Origin: Candidatus Marinacidobacterales bacterium
GTDB lineage: Bacteria; Acidobacteriota; Vicinamibacteria; Marinacidobacterales; DATDRI01
Direction: 5' to 3'
Assembly (NCBI GenBank): GCA_965219415.1
Contig: CBDCNP010000002.1
Coordinates: 2,880,001 to 2,944,000 of the forward strand
DNA length: 64,000 nucleotides
Shown here: positions 61,139 to 64,000 of the stretch, piece after piece
How the letters are laid out: each line of letters starts with the position of its first letter
Position numbering within the stretch: position 1 is the first letter of the stretch
Made by a program: the position numbers and the translations under genes
The notes under the pieces: model-generated
Database searches by the model: none
Told to the model about the DNA's origin: nothing
What the model saw: only the letters and a program-made list of their open reading frames with translations

Positions 61139-62572
61139 TCACTGCGTGCCCGGTGCTTTGTCGGATGCTGAGGGTGGTGGCTCGTTTGCCTCCGGACGAA
61201 CTCCCCAACCCCAACGGGCAGCGTAGTCTCGAACCTGGTTGAGCAGGTCTGGAGGAAAACGGTCTGGAAAAGACACGGTAAGATCGTCGGCAAGCCGTTT
61301 AGCGAGCATCGCGCCCATCAGTAACCCGTCAGCAAGCCCGACCGGACCGCACCATTTGAGGTTGTCCTCAGGGGTGTGGTGGCCACCGCCGCTGTGGCTC
61401 TGCCCGAACGATACGGCCGGCACCTCCAGCGCGGCAAAGTTCGTACTGTCGGTCCCCGACGGCCCAACGCTCCACGCCGCTTCCAGACCCGACTCTTCCA
61501 TGACTTCTTCGACAAACTGTACCCACTCGTTCGGCCCGGCTCCGCGCCAGCGAGGGGTTCCCAAGATGGAGCCTTGACCATCGAAGTTTAATACTGCGAC
61601 GATCCGCTCGACGTCCTCAGGGTGAGCTCGCAGGTAGGCTTCGCTACCGTGGAGCCCGGTCTCGTGCCCTCCCCAGGCAACGAACCGAAGCGTTCTCTCT
61701 AGCGCTGAACCTTGGGAGAACGCACGGGCCAACTCCATCACGATCGCGACTCCGCCACCGTCGTCGGCGGCGCCGGGGCTGGTGATCGCCGAATCATTGT
61801 GACCCCCGATAAGGACAATCTCCTCGGGCCTCGAACGTCCCCGAATATCACCAATCACGTTACGTGATTCACCCCAGGTCACCTCGGCCTCCACCGCCAT
61901 TCCCACCCGGCGCGGCCCGCTCTTCAGTAGCCGCACCGCGTCCTGGTAGGTGATATCTACCGAAGGCGGAGTATCCTCTTCGAGGGACCGTTTGAAGTTG
62001 TAATAAGCCATAGGCATCCCACCGGGATGCCCGGCGCGCGAGTAGAAGATCATTCCCGCGATGTTGTGCGGTAACAGCCGCTCGGTGAGCCAGTAGTCGG
62101 GATAGTCGGCCGCGACGTCTCGTTTGATGAGAACGATCTTTCCGCTCAGGTCCTTTCCTTCGAGATGATGGGCGCTCGCGTTGCCTAGATCGACCAATTC
62201 TCCGGTGACCCCTTCCGGTGGCGTGGTGCCCCCAAACCCGATCGCTTTACTCGGTAAGTAGAGTGACTCCTCGCCCTCGGTCCACACTCGCGCCGACCGA
62301 GGGTGCCAAAGGGGTTGGCGAAACGTCTCGATCCGTGCGTCGAGACCCCAGCCCTCGAATTGGTCAAGAATGTACTCGGCGGCGCGGGCCTCTTCCTCCG
62401 AACCGGCGGGGCGTTCTCCGATTGCACCGGCGAGGACCACCAGGTGATCAAACGCCTTTTCCGGCGAAATCGGCGGTAGCTCAGCTTTCTCCTGACCCGG
62501 CTCTCCCGCCGCCGCTAGAAAGACCGCGAAAAGAATAGTGGTTGGAATGGAGAGTGACGCAAGGCGTATCAT
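61139..62572 (-). CDS. Secreted M28-family aminopeptidase/carboxypeptidase with a PA domain
   Basis: Signal peptide, GGHNDS, GAADDGGG, WGGHETGLHGS (HE in place of EE), NFD, TD...F and HTPED. Confidence 0.88.
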   Translation of the reverse strand: MIRLASLSIPTTILFAVFLAAAGEPGQEKAELPPISPEKAFDHLVVLAGAIGERPAGSEEEARAAEYILDQFEGWGLDARIETFRQPLWHPRSARVWTEGEESLYLPSKAIGFGGTTPPEGVTGELVDLGNASAHHLEGKDLSGKIVLIKRDVAADYPDYWLTERLLPHNIAGMIFYSRAGHPGGMPMAYYNFKRSLEEDTPPSVDITYQDAVRLLKSGPRRVGMAVEAEVTWGESRNVIGDIRGRSRPEEIVLIGGHNDSAITSPGAADDGGGVAIVMELARAFSQGSALERTLRFVAWGGHETGLHGSEAYLRAHPEDVERIVAVLNFDGQGSILGTPRWRGAGPNEWVQFVEEVMEESGLEAAWSVGPSGTDSTNFAALEVPAVSFGQSHSGGGHHTPEDNLKWCGPVGLADGLLMGAMLAKRLADDLTVSFPDRFPPDLLNQVRDYAARWGWGVRPEANEPPPSASDKAPGTQ

Positions 62573-62574
62573 AT

Positions 62575-62973
62575 TTAGTCTCCGACTGCGTCGACCTGGA
62601 CCTCGACCAACCAGTCCGGATCGACGAGCCTGCTGACTTCCACCAGGGTCGAGGCCGGCGGCTTCTCGCCAAAGGCCGCCTTGGCAATCGGCTTCTCGTA
62701 CTTCATATATTCATCCATGTCCGTCGTGAACGTATAGATATGAATAACGTTGTCCCAGGTGAGGTCGACCGATTCCAAGGCTTTGCTGGCCATGTCGTAA
62801 ACGAACTCGAGCTGGCGTTTCATGTCCCCCTTGCCAACGTTTTCCCGACCAAGCCCAACCGCCACCTGCCCCGAGATTCGATAAAATCGCTTCCCCTCGC
62901 ACCGCACGATCTGCGCATAGAGATTGTCGAAGGGCTCATGCAAAACTTCTGGATTAATCGTTTCGATTTTCAT
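62575..62973 (-). CDS. RidA/YjgF family protein
   Basis: ISGQV and PPASTLVEVSRL..P.WLVEV motifs. It lacks the catalytic Arg (PAS in place of PAR), so it is Rid4-7-like. Confidence 0.85.
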   Translation of the reverse strand: MKIETINPEVLHEPFDNLYAQIVRCEGKRFYRISGQVAVGLGRENVGKGDMKRQLEFVYDMASKALESVDLTWDNVIHIYTFTTDMDEYMKYEKPIAKAAFGEKPPASTLVEVSRLVDPDWLVEVQVDAVGD

Positions 62974-63035
62974 TCATATCCACCCGGGAGCCGCCCACCT
63001 GGCCCTTGGACGGCTCCGCTTATATGGCAGGGCAG

Positions 63036-64000
63036 CTAGAACTCGAGGCGAAGACCGATCTGCACGCGCCGCGGCCTGAAGATCGAACTGGGCACCAGGA
63101 AGTTCTCCGAATCCCCAACGCTACTGATTACATCCAATGCGGCATCCTCATTGAAGAGATTGAAGAAGTCTCCTCGGACCGCGAACCTCGCATCGCTTCC
63201 CAGGTTAAACACCTTTTCCAGCCGAATGTCGAGGAGGGCCTGGGACGGCATGCGCAGGCCGCCACGCGGCGCCGTGAGTATGGACAGCGACGGTTGACTG
63301 ACCTGTGTCAAAACGAGCGTGCGTGCAAACGGAATCCCCGTTTGCGCTGTGAGGTTGACTGCGGCTCGGATCCCGTAAGGAAATTCATATCCGCCGAACA
63401 GCTTGAATAGGTAGGTTCGGTCTCCCTGAAGTGGTCCTTCGTTGTTGACCAGCATGTTGGGATCGCGGAACTCGTCGGCGCCGGGCAGCGCGGTGTTCCC
63501 CTGCCGGGTACGGCTTGTGGCACCGAGCCCGTCGGAACGTGAGATGGTAAGCGAGGACGTCAAATACCAGTTGTCTGACGGGCGTTTCTTAACCTCCAGC
63601 ACCACGCCGCGGTACTTCTGCTTGTATTCGTCGATATTCGTGACGACGTAGAGGTCCTCATCGATCGGATTGATCTGGTTGAACACCTGAATATCAGTAT
63701 TGCCAACTTCGTCCCGGATTGTCTGGGGTTCGTAGACACCTGTATCGTTCCAAAAGGAGACGATGTTGCTGGTGCGCTTGTAGACGCCGGTCACCGACAC
63801 CGCCAGGTTGGGCAAGATTTCCCGCTCGAACGCGACGGAAAAGGCATTCGCCCGAGGAGCGCGCAGATCGGGACTGATAGCTGTGTTCGACACGGGATCG
63901 ACAACCTGGAAAATGATGTCGTATTCTCCGGTGTCGGGGTTGAAACCATTAATGAATAGCGGCGCAATGGTCGGCGCCGAACCCTCCAGGTGGGAAACCT
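63036..64000 (-). CDS. TonB-dependent receptor (Oar-like), C-terminal part; continues beyond the window
   Basis: Beta-barrel strands, LDIRLEK.F, D.FNLFN and terminal PRRVQIGLRLEF. Confidence 0.88.
   Translation of the reverse strand, partial: VSHLEGSAPTIAPLFINGFNPDTGEYDIIFQVVDPVSNTAISPDLRAPRANAFSVAFEREILPNLAVSVTGVYKRTSNIVSFWNDTGVYEPQTIRDEVGNTDIQVFNQINPIDEDLYVVTNIDEYKQKYRGVVLEVKKRPSDNWYLTSSLTISRSDGLGATSRTRQGNTALPGADEFRDPNMLVNNEGPLQGDRTYLFKLFGGYEFPYGIRAAVNLTAQTGIPFARTLVLTQVSQPSLSILTAPRGGLRMPSQALLDIRLEKVFNLGSDARFAVRGDFFNLFNEDAALDVISSVGDSENFLVPSSIFRPRRVQIGLRLEF

Overview
GC-rich bacterial DNA, probably Acidobacteriota (Vicinamibacteria-like). That placement is inferred from the ADOP permease, DUF4388, Oar-type TonB receptor and REP-like hairpin. 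Many single-base frameshifts, several in homopolymers, suggest an imperfectly polished long-read assembly. In order, the window holds: (1) the end of an ISL3 that cuts a DUF5684-like gene; (2) six head-to-tail, signal-peptide-bearing amidohydrolase paralogs (2.9-10.8 kb) that are mosaic and vary in their substrate loops; (3) envelope genes and a sigma54-driven ADOP permease truncated by an IS5; (4) plsC, carD, tRNA-Leu(CAA), an orphan PilW-like pilin, an RND pair, an NPP/alkaline-phosphatase-family gene and a molybdopterin oxidoreductase; (5) an archaeal-style nurA-herA...sbcD-sbcC repair cluster interleaved with alkA, sixA, a CBS gene and a 29-aa remnant of an EEP/ExoIII nuclease, with nurA decapitated by a second IS5; (6) a cusCBA-type efflux operon with a sigma54 promoter, an IHF site and a divergent NtrC-type two-component system; (7) about 5 kb of decayed integrase-core/IS256 elements with three families of repeated ends and a PaeR7I restriction remnant; (8) a candidate nitrogen-catabolic island (TonB receptor, RidA, M28 peptidase, IclR, NCS1 permease, GbuA-like ureohydrolase, DMFase-beta-like protein, small Tat protein). 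The best novelty candidates are the amidohydrolase array and the ureohydrolase/DMFase island. All family calls come from recognising motifs by eye; no database searches were run.
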